Shown: positions 48,523 through 62,676 of the stretch, piece by piece | Numbering within the stretch: the stretch's first letter is position 1 | Layout: every line of letters starts with the position of its first letter | DNA from: the human T2T-CHM13v2.0 reference genome, Homo sapiens | Assembly (NCBI RefSeq): GCF_009914755.1 | Contig: NC_060929.1 | Reading direction: 5' to 3' (one strand) | Length of the DNA stretch: 64,000 bases | Notes under the pieces: generated by a model | Seen by the model: only the letters and a program-made list of their open reading frames with translations | Databases searched by the model: none | What the model was told of the DNA's origin: nothing | Translations under genes and position numbers: made by a program

Positions 48523-51500
48523 TATATTTCGAAATTTACATTTAGGTAGATATGTATGTCATGATATCATAAAAGGGACACTGGGAAATCATTTGATTCC
48601 AAAAAATTTCTTTCAATACTTCGATTCATAAAGTATTTGAAATCTACCATTGGTTAAAAATTACACCACAATTTTGTATCATTCTTCAGTTTTAATCAGT
48701 CTTGTCAAGCTTCACTTGCTCCTTTTGTATTACATTTAAAGGAGTAGATTATTTCCAAGCATTGTTGTACTTTTGTATTTTGTTGCTTGTAATGGATGTT
48801 GATGCAAAAACTGTATCATGAAAAACAACATTGTTTTGTGGTGTTGTTACATTGGAGTGCTTCCTTTTGGAAGATGTCAGTTGTATTTCTTCCACCAATT
48901 ATTGGGCTTGATATCTTTCACAAGTTTAAATCCGAATATATTATCCTTGTATATTAACATTGTTAACACATTGACTTTAAAATATTTCAGTGGTATATTA
49001 AAGAACAAAACATCAAGATTCTGGCAGTAAGACAGTGCTATAGCTACTAAGTTCCAATAATAACAGCCAGGTAGCAACAAGACAAATAATCACCTCTACT
49101 ATTAACTAATTTTGAAAGAGGATATCTTCAGGGTAGAGATGATTTGCTGCATTAATTATGTGTCTTTTTTGTCATTAGTCTTGAATACTATTTTAATTAA
49201 ACAAAATTAAAATTCATACTGTTTAATAAATCAATGTAATTTGAAAACCTTACTGGTAGTTAACTGTTGAGAAAGATCTTGTTTTTTAACTACTCTCCTT
49301 CTACAAAAAAAAAAAATGACTAGTGAGCAATAATATTTCTGGTCGTTTTTAGCAGTAACCACATTTGCCTTACGGTGTAGAGCAGCACAATGATTTCACT
49401 TTCAGATGGGGCTAGTCACATTACCTCTATGTAAACACACACATAATATTCCATCTGCTAGGTATAAGAGCATGATTAATTGGATGAGAAAATGTTGATA
49501 ACCATAAATAATCCTTGAACCTAAAGCCAAATTATGAATATGGCTTAATTGAAATTTAAATTCCTACATATTGGCCTGGTTGTCGAGAAGAATAAGGGAA
49601 TGGGGTACCAGGAATCTTCTGGTCCATGTTATTTCAAAACTGTTTTCTGCTACTTTATTTATACACCTTCTCTCCTACACATTTTTTCTAACAGCTTGTT
49701 CTCTAAGGAAAGACCATATAATTACTCTAGTACAGTGTTTCACTTGAGAATGAAAGTTGTTTATCAAGTAACTCAAGGAAGAAAATATGGGTTATTTATT
49801 TGCCTAACAACAAAATAAAATGAATCACATGCCCAGCTAAAAAGAAAAAAAAATAGGACTACTTAGTCTCCTTGTGCCTAGAGGCTTGGTGCTTCCTGGG
49901 ATGCAAATATGGATTCAGCCAGATGAACATATGGCAGAGACTAGTTACAAGACTCCTACTGGGAACAAGCCACTTTCAGAACCATTTCTAGAATGTTGAA
50001 AATTTCTAGCAACAGCATACTTTGTGGTCTTGTTTAGCCTTGTGGCCAAATTTGCAAGTTCTATGACAAACCTATTAATGCAGGAGACGGGTCATACACA
50101 ATCCAGAAGTAAAGGGATCTGTGGAATTCTAGAATTAATATATTATGAAGTTATATTAGAATTTCTATAATTGAGTTATTTACTTCTGTGGCATTGTACC
50201 ACATTGAGAGCAGAAAGTAATATAAATGTATGACTGTTAAATGTGACTTATAAAGTTGGCCTAAATGTTCTCTTTATGTGCTGCAGTTTTATTATTGTTA
50301 TAATTATCTTCTTTTTATGTTTTGTTCCATTCAAGTTTCATCTTTTTGCTGAGCATATGCCAGACCTAGGGTAGCATTGTGTTATCCAGTATTTTAAGAG
50401 AGGAATATCTCACTGTTGGCAGAAAAATATAGAGAGAGATATATGTATGTGTATACATGTATGAATTATCTGTTAACTGACAATGAAATGTTTTTCTGTA
50501 TTTAAAAAGCACATAAACGTTTTACTACTGCATATAGCCAACTCTTAATGTTATATATAAGTTTACCTGAGAGCCTTGACTCCTTGTTTATAGCCAGGCC
50601 TTGTATTACCTATCAGCATTTCACTCTGAATAAAATATTACCCTAGTTCTGGCTATCCTTTGCTTTACACATGCCTTGATACACATTTCTTGAACTGGTG
50701 ACCATACATTGTTTACTCTGGGATAATTAATTCTCCTAGTATCTTATATCTTAAAAGTGTCTTATATCTCAAAAACAGTCCCTTGTTCTAGCCAGAGACT
50801 ATGTATTGATGGACTTTAAGCATTCATTTTTTACAAGTAGCTAAATGGATCTGCTAGTTTGGTTGTTAGCCCAACCCATTTTTATGTTACCTTTAGTTTA
50901 GTTTTTTGGCATGTTTATAAGGTTGATTCTTGCTTTGGTAGGCTTACCTTTTAGTGTTTGTATCACCAGCCCGTAAAACTCAGCAGAAGCACAGAGTTAT
51001 AACAAAACAAAAAAAATTGATTATTCACAATAAAAAAGAATGCATCTATGAAAATTTCTCAGAGGATTAAAATTAAAGCTGTTGATTAAACACACATTTT
51101 AGCACATCTCAGCCGTGATGTTTTCTCATGGGAATCCTTTCTCACCGAAGAGTTACTTTACACGTGGTTTCAGGAATGAATTAACACCCTTGATCAAATT
51201 AACTAAATGTGTTTTCAGATACCTCCTTCCATCACGGTAATGTGCTTTTGTTGATGAAACAAAATATGACTTAAAAAGAATAAAACTGGAAGGTTCAGAG
51301 TTGGGGGGAAGAGATTACCTATTTTTAGGAGGGACTTCACACCAAAAGCCAAAGGTTCAGGGCTTTTGGTCTCATAACGTATTAGGTAAACAGAGAGAAG
51401 AAGGAAGGACTGGAAGAGCAATGCCATAAGCAAAGCCATGAGGATATTTCTTTAAAGGTGCTATTACTGGCACTAATGTGAGACAAGTAGCGTAAGGCCT

Positions 51501-53199
51501 GTCATACTTGTTAATGTTTCGACTTGTTAATGTTTTTTGTTAATGAATGTGAATTAACAAAAAAGTATAAGTGCATGACTGTAATAGATCCACTTAAGTC
51601 ACTACAGAGCTAAGCATTGTCTTCTTATGCTAATGAAATAAAAATATCATGCAGTTTATATGACTAATTAAATGTATCATTTAATTAGTGGTACAGTAAA
51701 ATTATGTAATTGGCAACTGCTTTCTGAAAGGAGCCTGAGACTCTTATTCTCATATCCAAATCCACTTGACCTTATATGCTTGGAGACAGTTAGGGTTTGG
51801 GTTAGACTGATAGACAGTCAGGGTTTAGCTTAGACTTATAAAGTCAAGGAAACCATTATTGGTGTTTGAGCCAAGGGGCCCCAAGTAGTTTTTAGGGATG
51901 AGTAATGTGATAACAATATGGTGATTAATTGGAGGTGGAAAGTATGAATATGAGATGAAGGCAGTGTCACCTTTCAGCAATACAGCCCTGTGCACATCCT
52001 TTCTCCCTTTCTTTTTTCTTGCTCCCTTTCTCTCTTCCCCTGAAAATAATTTGGACACAAGAATTTAAGAACTTCAAAGTATTGTTTGATTTTCAATATC
52101 TAATGTTTAAACATATAATTTAGTCTCACTACCAGAGTGTTTCCCTGAGATAGAAGTGGCTCCTAGGTAAGTAAAGATCGCTATTCATTTAATGCTTCAC
52201 ACTGACATTTTCACTGTGGCATAGTTTATAATTCTCTGAGTCAATCCAGATCCAACTATATAAAAAGATGACAGAGAGACTTATTAGTCACTTCAAGAAA
52301 GGCCTACATGAAGTAGTAACATTCTCAGAACAAAGTGGCATGGAATTTAGCATAACTTCATCATAGGCCCTGTTTCATTCTGGAAATAGTTTGGAGTTAT
52401 GCTGTCATATTATGCACATTCCTATGCAGTGGCTACTAACTAGATATTGTAAAATTACATTTACATTTATAGCAACTTGACTTGGGTTGTAATTTTGTCA
52501 GAGTTCACTGAAGTAGCCCATCCTCAATCATTACTTTTCAGATGTATTAGTGCCATTGTCATGAGTATTGAATTATCTCCAGGTTATTTTATAAGAAGAT
52601 CCTATGTAAAGCAAGATTTTAAAAATATATATGGACATAAAATTATTCTTGAAAAAGTGATAGGCAGCAATTCAGATACTCTGTTCTCAAAGTTCCAATA
52701 ATTGATCAATATGGATAGTTATAATTGAGTCAAAACTATTTTTCTCCAGTATTCCCCCAGAGAACTAGGTTGCTGTTCTTTTTTTAAAAAAATTCTGATA
52801 AACAGGGTTTTGGTTTTTGTTTCAGATATTTTTCACTGTGAATATGTGAAAATATTTTACTCTAATATCTTACTTAACCTCCCCAAGCACACAAGTTCAA
52901 GTGGATTTGGATATGAGAATAAGAGTCTCAGACTTCTTTCAGAAAATCATTGCCAATTATGTTATTTTACTGTACCACGTGATACATTTGTAATATAAAT
53001 TCTGTGATAATTTTATTTCATTAGCATGAACAGGCAATGCTTAGCTCTGCAGTGAGGTAAGTGGACGTATGACAGTCATGCGCTTACACTTTTTTGTTAA
53101 TTCATATAATTTTGCTGCTTTTGGATGGTGTAAAAGACCAATCTTGTCACTAAATCCATTAATTTGTGTTATGGGCATATCACTCCCAGCAGTACAGGA

Positions 53200-53440
53200 G
53201 AAGAAAACACACTCATGGGCAAACCAGTTATGTAAAACACCTACTTTTGTGTGCTAGGCATTGGGGATACAGCAGAGAATAAAATAGATCAAGTCTTTGC
53301 CTTTTAAACCAGCTTTTATTCTACTGTAGGGATACAGACAATAAACCCATAAAGAAATAAATATGTTTCAGGTGGTGACAAAGTTCTATGAAAGAAAATA
53401 AAGTGAAGTAGGAATGAGAAAGTACTGTTGGTGGGAAGGC
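53200..53440 (-). mobile_element. L2 3' fragment
   Basis: 'cacctact..gtgctaggcattggggatacagcagagaataaaataga'. Confidence 0.6.
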
Positions 53441-56400
53441 ATTGAACACAGTTTAACCTGCCCTTGAGATGACTTAGCATCATCTATTATAAATATTCAT
53501 ATTTGCATGACTCATTGTTATGTTGTCTGTCTCTAAACTTAAATTTATAATCTCAGCTGTCACTGTTCTAGAAGTCATTATACCTACCTCTAACTGCACC
53601 ACTTATTGTATTTATTACTTGCATATGCAAGGAAACATGGAAATTAGGCCAGTTAGAAAAATTATGTTAAGAAACAATCCAGGAATGCTAAGGAAGGTTC
53701 ATAATTTTAGCTTAAGCAGTTTTTATGTGACATGTGCTGCACAGTCTCAGTTACCTTTTTGACAATTTGTTATGCTTTGAAGAGTTGAGAATGAATGACA
53801 TTTAATTAACAATTCTCATTTTGTCACTGTAAGTCTCTATTTCTGGATTTACTCTCAATTTATTGAGAATCTTAGTTTGTTTACTAAAATATGGGTAACT
53901 AAGTTTATTAATATGATTATTTAACATAACATTGATAATAATTGCTTCAGTTAATGTGCTTTTCAAAGCAAAATGATTCTTGCTTGTATAATTTTGTATT
54001 ATTTGATCAGAGCCTTCATTCTTTACTCTTCACCTATAAAAACAGAAATAAAACTGATCTAATTTGCAGTTTTGCCATCCAAGCATTATGTAAAGGGTAA
54101 ATTCTCCTGACCTTCTTCACAATGTTACTATAGCTAACGTTAACAATAGTAATGTGGAGTTCCACATTACTCAGCAAAAGAGTAGTATATATTTAACAAC
54201 GAAGGTGACTTGCTCTGAGTCTCTTTTACTGAATAATTAAGTATTCCTTACGGGGCTAGTGTGTGTGTGTGTGTGTTCGTCTATATATATACTTTTTCAA
54301 ATTTATTTTAATATATATAGAGGAAATGGTACTTATATTAAAATAAATTTGAAAATGAGTTGTTTTCCTTCTGCTTTATACATACATATACCACTTTTGC
54401 AAATGTGCTGTTAGCTTAGACAGCCCTAACTTCACTCTTTGTAGTATTACATGTTTATTGTCAAAATCTGTTCTGCCAACTTATTGACAGGCCCTGGCAG
54501 GCAGGCCTTTGACTACACAGAATAGATACAAAGTAAAACTTAGTGGTATTTGATCAATCAAGTCAGTTCAGTTTAATAATTAGGTCTAATTATTGGTATC
54601 ATGCCTGCAAAGCAAGCTCTATCCTCTCCACCCTGCCCCACAATCACTCAAATCAGTTGGCTGCTTAATTCTTCTCTCTTCTAGCTTATTACCTCTTTTC
54701 AGAGCAGAATAGCTAAGGGGTTATATTTGCTTCAGTGTCTAACACTCTTTTTCATATGGCTGATAGAATCCTTCAGTATGTTACAACGAAAAACATTTTT
54801 ATTATCAAAATAATTTATCAACCAACTGTAAGCATAACACATCTGACAATTTTATAATTGCTTATAATTTACAAAGCACTTTCATATATATTTTTAATTG
54901 TGGTGCTACCAATGGTCTTGTAAGGTAGGTGGGGCAGGAATTAATATTCTTGCCTAACTCTATAATTTATACACTCTAGTTGATGGCAATTTAATCAGTT
55001 TATGATGCAAAACTTTTTACATCATGAAAATACACATATATAAATACTTAAATGTTAGTGTTATGTTTGAAGTTATCTAAACATCAAGCTCATATTGGCA
55101 TTTCCATGCATAATTCCAGAGAGCCCTTTCAAAAAATTATCCTCCTGCGTTAGTGTTTTATATTTTTATATTATTGTATATATCACATATTATAAATTGT
55201 ATAGGGCCATCCAGAGTCTGTGCAAAGTACTTAATACAAATAAATAACTTCTCCTTTGGCTAACTTAAGTGGCAATTTGCCATTTACCTAAGATTGAGGT
55301 TTTATTCTTTCAGAAATAATTGTAATCAAGATTTCATGAAATGGTAGAAAAATGCAAAACTGACAATCATTTGGATTGTAATGCTTTGTCAAAAAGTTAT
55401 ATTATCATAAAAGCACAATCCCATATATGCGGTTATGATTAGTTATTGGAAGGTTTTATCAAAGATGAGGTTGAATTTATTGGTTTTGATTTTAAAATGT
55501 GATAAAGTTTTTACAGCATTTAAAAAAATGACTGCATTCACACTTAGGCTTTTCATTAGAACATTCACATGCTATATTATCAACTTCAAAGCAGATGCAC
55601 AAATGGAAACAATAGTTAAGCATTTTATCCACAAGTATTTTATAGGTTTATTAATTGAATAACATGTCAAGCACCCAGAATAGTCCTTTTGTATTGCATC
55701 TATTAAATATAAGGCAAATACTAATATTTTATATTTTGTATAACATTTCTTCTGAAAATGGACCAAAATAGTCTAAAGCATGGGTATTATCCATTTGACT
55801 ATGAAGACATATGAAGCCCTCAAGTTTCTTAAACAGAAAGAAGATTGCAAATTACTTCAGTCATGTTCTATAGTTTACATTTACAGGCACATCAGTGTCT
55901 AAAAATAAGGAAATGAAATAAAAGTTCTAATGGAAAGAGACAATAATTTGTGAATTAGGATAAAGGTCCAAGAAACTTTAAAACCGTTAATATATTCTTA
56001 TGCAAATAGGGACTCATTGTAACTTAGAAATCTTTGTTGCTTACAAAATTGCCTCTTTAGATTTTGCTTGATAGTATTAATATCATTTTAAGAGACATAG
56101 ATTTCCTTTAAATTTTCACTAGAGAAGCACAAAAATGCCATACTTTCTACTTCATTTCCACTAGGGGGTGATCTCCTATTGAAAGTAGCAGAGGAGGATT
56201 GAAAACACTGTGACCCTACCAAGGCAAAATGGATACCTTGGTAGGTTAGAAAGTTCTCAACTAAAATGTTGTAAGTAAGAGAAAAAAAATTAATACATTA
56301 GAAGCTAATTTCAGCAAGGAGAACTTCTAAAATCTTTACACATCTACAAAACACACAATTGTTAGGCTTAAATTTTTTCTCAATTTTAAAATTTCAGGAG

Positions 56401-58404
56401 TTCTAGTATTTTTCTCATCAATATAGAATATAAGGAGCATTTCATGAGAGAGAGCTGCACCTTTGCTTCTTCCTTAAAGAACACACTTTCCTATTCTGAG
56501 GAGAGTAATTTTTTTTTTAAGTGCATATTTACTACTTTGAAGATGAATATCGGGAAATATTAGGTGGGGATTTGACATGGGGTTGGAATCTGACAATTAT
56601 CAAGGACTTGCCCAGAGCTGGATATTGTCCTATGTAGGTTTTATACATCATCTCATGTAGTCTTCACTGTCATCTTGTTTAAACCAAAAGTGACTTGAAA
56701 ACTCCACAGATCTCCATAAGGGGAAGTGAATTGGAGTTTGGGTATTAAGCAAGGAAAAGAGATGGGATAGAGAATGGAGAGGTTCAAAATTACTAGGAAA
56801 AACTATGGCTTATAATTAATTACTAAAGAAAAGGCTTATAAGTACTGGAAATGGTGATGCTGAACAATCTGCAACTACTCTGATAAAGAAAAATGTTGGC
56901 AGTTCATGGGTATGAAGAGCAAACCTGGCTGCTCCTGAAATTTTTTCCTGGGATTTATCTAAAAAGTATGCTCTAGAACCTTGTTTTTGTAGTGACTTCA
57001 GAAATGAGCTTGGCTTCTACTGAACATGGGTTCTTATATAGTCACCATTGTTTTTTCTCATTTAATTTCCTGACAACAAAATTTGACTAAAGCTTTGCCT
57101 TTAGTCAAAATTTCAACCATAAAGAGCTCTGTTTTAGATGCAATGGTTAGCTAAATGTATTAAGAAATAATATATTCCCACCTGATTTTCTTCATTTTAC
57201 TGTCATGTTCATAATAACACACAGGCAGAGGCAGCTATTGAAAAGTGTTGTTTCTTTAGTATTTGTAATTCATAAGAAATGTGTTCTGACATTTCTCAAA
57301 GGAGAGCACAGATAAACCACAGTCTAATCTTTGGCTTTCATTCTGCCCAGAGGGTTTTGTGCTGACAGTATGTGAAGCCCAGACCTCATAAGATCTGTCT
57401 TGAGCCTTAGGGAGATAATCTTCATAGTGGATGGATACTTACATGCAGGTTTTTTTTCTAACTTAGATGAAAACTACTTCCAACTCATTTTCATTTTCAT
57501 ATAAAAAGCATAGAGAATATTAATGATGACATATAATACCTTTTTATATTTCATTAACTTGGGGATTAAATCTAAATAAACTGTGCAGCATTATAAGATA
57601 ACTTAAAACTCTGTATATTATATCCCTGATAAGAGAAATATTTGTAAGATCTTTAGAAATCTTCATGTTTGGGAATGTAAAAATGTTTGAACAGTCTTTT
57701 GCTTTTGTTAGGAATTGAATTTTGGCTGTGAATTTTTAATAATTTATTTTTATTAAAATAAATTTATTTTAATAAAAATTGAATTTTTATTGCTAGCTCT
57801 TCAACTTTCACCAACATTTAATTTCTTATGTTGGCTGTTACTCATTCACAAACCTCCATGTTTGTATCATTGAAAAAAGGATGTATGATCATATGAAAGA
57901 ATGCTGCCTGTAGGCTAGGCTCACTGATGAGCACAGCAGCTCAAATCCTATTTGCCAGCCCCATGGCATGAATCCTTCAAATCTGTGTTTCAGTCAAGTA
58001 CAAATCCCCGTAGTCATGGATCTTCAGGATGAAAACTGATTAACATTAAATCCTCACATGCCAATAATCTGCTATACTGTGTTTTTAACCATATTGCTAG
58101 AATTGAAGTATCACCTCTTTAATCAGCCAGTTGTTTAAAATTCTTTTCACATTGATGGTGGATTATCTGAAACTATATATTTTATGACCCTGAATATATA
58201 TGGCTAATTTTATCCTAAGTCCTCAGATTCATTAAAATCTAGCTGTTGTTAAGTTTGTGAGCACATTATACAATCAGCCCGATTTTAAAAAGCTCTAGGC
58301 AACAGAGCTTTGCACTATTCAATATGATTATTTATTTGTGTAACAAAAGATCCCAAATATGACCACCATGCTCTAGAAACATACTGCTTATTTATAGGTT
58401 AAGG

Positions 58405-58570
58405 CAATAATTTCCAATCCTAGCTGAATATTATAATTGCCTAGAGAGTATTTAAAGTATTCTAGTACCAAGGCTTCAGCCTACATCAAATAAATCAAAA
58501 TAATGAAATAGTAATTTTTAAAAGCTTCCCAGGTGATTCTAATATTCTGCCAAGATTGGGAACCAATGGG
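58405..58570. mobile_element. MER5-type hAT-Charlie MITE
   Basis: 'tttaaaagcttcccaggtgattctaatattctgccaagattgggaaccaatg'. Confidence 0.7.
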
Positions 58571-58879
58571 TTAAAGTGATTTTTTTTTTCAGCCACCTGG
58601 AAATAAAATGCTGACAGAAATATGCAGGTGCAATGAGGTGACTGTGGGTAAAATATAACAGATGCAACTAATTCCACACATTTTATTTTAACACACACAT
58701 ACCGGACTTACTAGAATTCAGGCAGGGTTTTAAGTGGTTGACTCATTTAACCCTCGTATCATGTTTATGAGGAATACACTAACTCATCCCCATTTACAGA
58801 AAAGAATTGGATTAAACAGTTTTCTTAAAGTTATACAGTTGATAAGGGGCTGAGCCTCACTTCAGAATCTATGTTCCAG

Positions 58880-59326
58880 TCCGTTGATTCTCAGACTGTG
58901 GTTCCCAAGTCAGCTGCATCTGTGTTTTTGGAAAATCATCACTTCAAACTTACCAGAGAAAAAGGTTTGTAAGTACTATAATTGGAGATATCAAACAACT
59001 TGTTGTTCTCATGATAAAGATATGGATATCATAGATCATGGATATCAATAGCACACCTTGCTACTTCTGAATATTTTCCCGGAATTTGTCTAAAATAAAT
59101 GCTCTAGAAAGTTATTTTTGTAGTGACTTCAGAAATGAACTTTGGTTTCTAGTGGGTTTTAACAAGTTCTCAGCTGGGAACTTGTTAGAAATGCAAATTC
59201 TCAGACCGGATTTCCACAGTTTCATAGTCAGTAAACCTGGAGTCTGGCCCGAGAATTTGCATTTCTAAGTTTCAAGTTTCTGCTGCTTCTGCTGGTGGTC
59301 TGCTAAGCACATGTGGAGAACCACTA
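58880..59326 (+). mobile_element. MER5A-type MITE interrupted by a locally duplicated ~210-bp segment
   Basis: 'ttctcagactgtggttccc..cagctgcatc', then after the insert 'ctgggaacttgttagaaatgcaaattctcag..gagaaccact'. Confidence 0.75.
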
Positions 59327-61216
59327 CACTGTCTACACCACCTCTCTAAATTAGCCAACGAATTTTACTGTATTGTCCAGCTACACTCCCCTATAGAATA
59401 GTCTTTTTAATTATAAGAACAATATAAGTGTAAAAGTCCAAGCCTTGGTGGACATAAATTGTTTCTATTACTCAGAGTCACCTTTGTTTGTTTGGAGAGA
59501 TATAGACTGGAATGGCTTAAGTTGATGAATCTGTGTGTAAAATGTACAAGCTGCTGCTGAGTTTCCTATTAGGGATTGAAAAAGTGACATTAAACAAGCA
59601 AAAAGGCAATGAAAGAAATGAGATTATAGATATAGAGTATCCTCATTTCACTATGCCTTTGACCACAACCCAACTCATTTTCCCTTTTAGATCTTTTATT
59701 TCATGCCATTTTCACTCCGTTTCCCTTTGGCTAAATAACTCAGTGATTAACAATATAATGCAGAAAATTACTATTACATAGTCATTTGTAGCTTATATTT
59801 AAAAGCAATTAGAAGTCACATTTTAAGATAGTACTATTAATCTTTTGTTTCATGTAGTCTGTGTTGGAATGAGGGGTATATTTGGAATTTTGTGATCATG
59901 AGTCATGTTGTAAAAATGATATAATAAGTGTGTGTGTATATATATTATATATAATGTATCTGAGACAAATAATTTCTGGAAAGAATATGAGACAGAATAT
60001 CAGCTAACATTTATAACAAGGAAGATAACAAATGATGAATTCATATATTATCCTTCCAGTAATATTTCAGCTGCAAAATCTCAGTTTTTGTGTAAATCAT
60101 GCATAATGTTCCAATTTATTTTTGTCAGAGCATAGATCTTTAGTTGGCCCTTGTCAAATACAAGTGTATATCTCAATCTCTGTAGGAATGTATTTTAAGT
60201 ACAGTTCTATGTACTTTGTAATCTCTCCATTTATAAATGTCACAATATGTATTTAAACTCAGAAACAAAGCTATTAAAAGAGCATTTTTAATTCATTCAA
60301 AAATTGTGTTTGTGTTATAGACGGGAATACAGAATTTAAAAATATAGACGTAACAGTTAGAAAACACTAATAGAGTTTTATTCTGGGACTTGGCACAGAG
60401 TAGGGGTCTGCTGAGTTCCACTCCTATTGCATGATTCCTTTGTCTATTACAAGGCCCAGTCTCTCCATTTGCAATCTTCAGTTTGATACATTCCAGGAGT
60501 GGCAGGAAGACAGGTCTACATGAGAGACCACACCATCAGAGTTGTTTCACCAGCCACATTAATCACAAAATGGAATCATTTTTGTAGTGCTATTTTACAG
60601 ATACATAAAAACCAACTATATTCTACAAAAATATGCTCCATCCAAAAATACTGCTACAAACCAGGCGACTGCTAAAACTTCTATTAGTGGAGGCAATAAG
60701 AATTAGATAAATAATTCCTTAAATTATACTCCCCTTTTGTCATTGCCACCATGAGAACTATGTTATGTTTTGGAATGTGGGAAAATGATACTACTTTTCT
60801 GCTTTATGCCAAATCATTTTGAGACTCAATTTTTATTCATATTTTTTCTTCATTGTTTCCATAAAGGATTTGTGTGAAATGACTAAGCAAACATGTTTTT
60901 ATTACATTATTATTACAGGTTTGAAAATCTCACATAATAGTTTATCCAAATGCAGTGATTATTGAGCCTTGTTTTTGTCATTTTAATTGTGGTTCTTGAT
61001 ATTAGCTTATAAGGATAACAAAACAACCAGAAGTCTGGTGAGGTTTTCAACTTGAGAATTATGAAAAAAGTTCATGTGATGGTGGTTGCTATAGATAAGA
61101 AGGCATGGAAACTATGTATAATAATGAATAATACAGTGAAAGCCTTTTGGATATTGCTGTTATCCTAGTTTCTGAAAACTCTAAAGCCCCTAAGTGAAGT
61201 TAGAAATGTGGAAAAA

Positions 61217-61306
61217 GTCTACGGCCATACCACCATGAACGCGCCCAATCTCGTCTGATCCTGGAAGCTAAGCAGGGTCGGGCCTGGTTAGTACTTGGAT
61301 GGGAGA
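61217..61306 (+). pseudogene. 5S rRNA retropseudogene, nt 1-90, tailless
   Basis: gtctacggccataccacc..gctaagcagggtcgggcctggttagtacttggatgggaga; 4 differences from remembered human 5S; TSD agaaatgtgg(t)aaaaa 61202-61216 / 61304-61319. Confidence 0.96.
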
Positions 61307-62676
61307 AATGTGGTAAAAATACTTCTAAAATCTCTGCATACTATGAGTAATAGTAGTATACACCTCATGGAGATATTGTGAGGATTAAGTAAGGTAATAT
61401 ATGTAAAGTTCTTAGAACAGCGTCTACTACACACTGTCATGGAACTCTGAAAAATCGGTAATGAATTAACCACCAAAAGAGTCACTTAAAGTTTCTTTAT
61501 GTGGTATGCCTAAAACAAAAAGCTTTTTCCTCTGAATTCTCCTTGCCATTTTCAAAATATCTGCAAGTAGTGTTCAGAGTGTGTCCCTTCCAAGCTGTCA
61601 GTTTAGGACGTCATCTGGCACTCCTAGGCTGCATGACATGATCTTTTTTGTCCCTTTCCTGGTACCTGTTTCTGTTCCTGTCTGTTGCCTACAGGACCAT
61701 CTGTCCTTAGCTGACTCCTGAAGATGCCACTCAACTATTGAACAGTCCTCTCTAAATTTGTCCTAGGTCTTTAACTATTAATGGGATCTATAGCTATCAC
61801 TTTGGAATGTGCAACAGAGATGGGTTAAAATCCAATTTTAAAAAATTGCTTGCAGGGCATGATTACAACTATGGAAAAATAAGCAAATTGTTCAAAGGTT
61901 TTTTTTTTTATTGTAGGTAATTTTATTTCTTTTCTCAAATTTTTATAAATCTTCCACAATGAGATTGAAAGATTACAGTATGAATGATTGCAGAGTATTT
62001 TTTTTCATCCCCCTAACACTTCAAAAAGAAAGGTTTATAGTTCTTTTTTCCCCCCATTTTTTTCCTCCATAAATACAGAGAACATAATCATCTTGTGAAC
62101 AAATAATTATGTTTAATGTTTTAATGGTAATATATTTATATAATTGTAATATTAGACCTGAAAAAGTCACTTCAAAGCAAGGCATAAATTTCACAATTTC
62201 ACAATTTCCATATAGTGTTTCTCCATCTTGTCAACGTTTTCTAATGTTTTTACTTATGTTTTATGTCTCCAGATTACCATAGCTAGAACTCCCATTTTTT
62301 CCTACTTATAATGCTTGCTGAAGATGAATGCTGTGATCATTCTACTAGAGCTAGAATTTGACATTATACTGTCCTCTTTAAATGTATTTATTAAACAAAC
62401 GATTCAGCCATTCTCTTTGTTTCTGTAGTATCTTATACTTCCACAAGATCTTCTGTCCAAATCTGTTAACATTTTACTAATTTAGGGCCCAATTATTCAC
62501 TTCTTACTTGGGTTATTGTAGCATTGACTTCTTGTCTGTGAATTTCAGACAACCAAAAACAAAGCGCATGTAATCATGAGTGCTAACTAACGTAGTCTGA
62601 GCTCAGCCGGATTACATACTGACACTTACAGCAGAGCTTTTCTTGTGAATGGCAGTGTTCTGTATTCTTCTTCCAG

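Noticed and set aside
49317-49418. tgactag...ctagtca terminal stem suggesting a snoRNA
   Set aside because: No properly placed C (RUGAUGA) and D (CUGA) boxes or H/ACA architecture
56783-59151. Duplicated segment as tandem coding exons
   Set aside because: The + strand frames I translated hit stops and I saw no consistent splice sites
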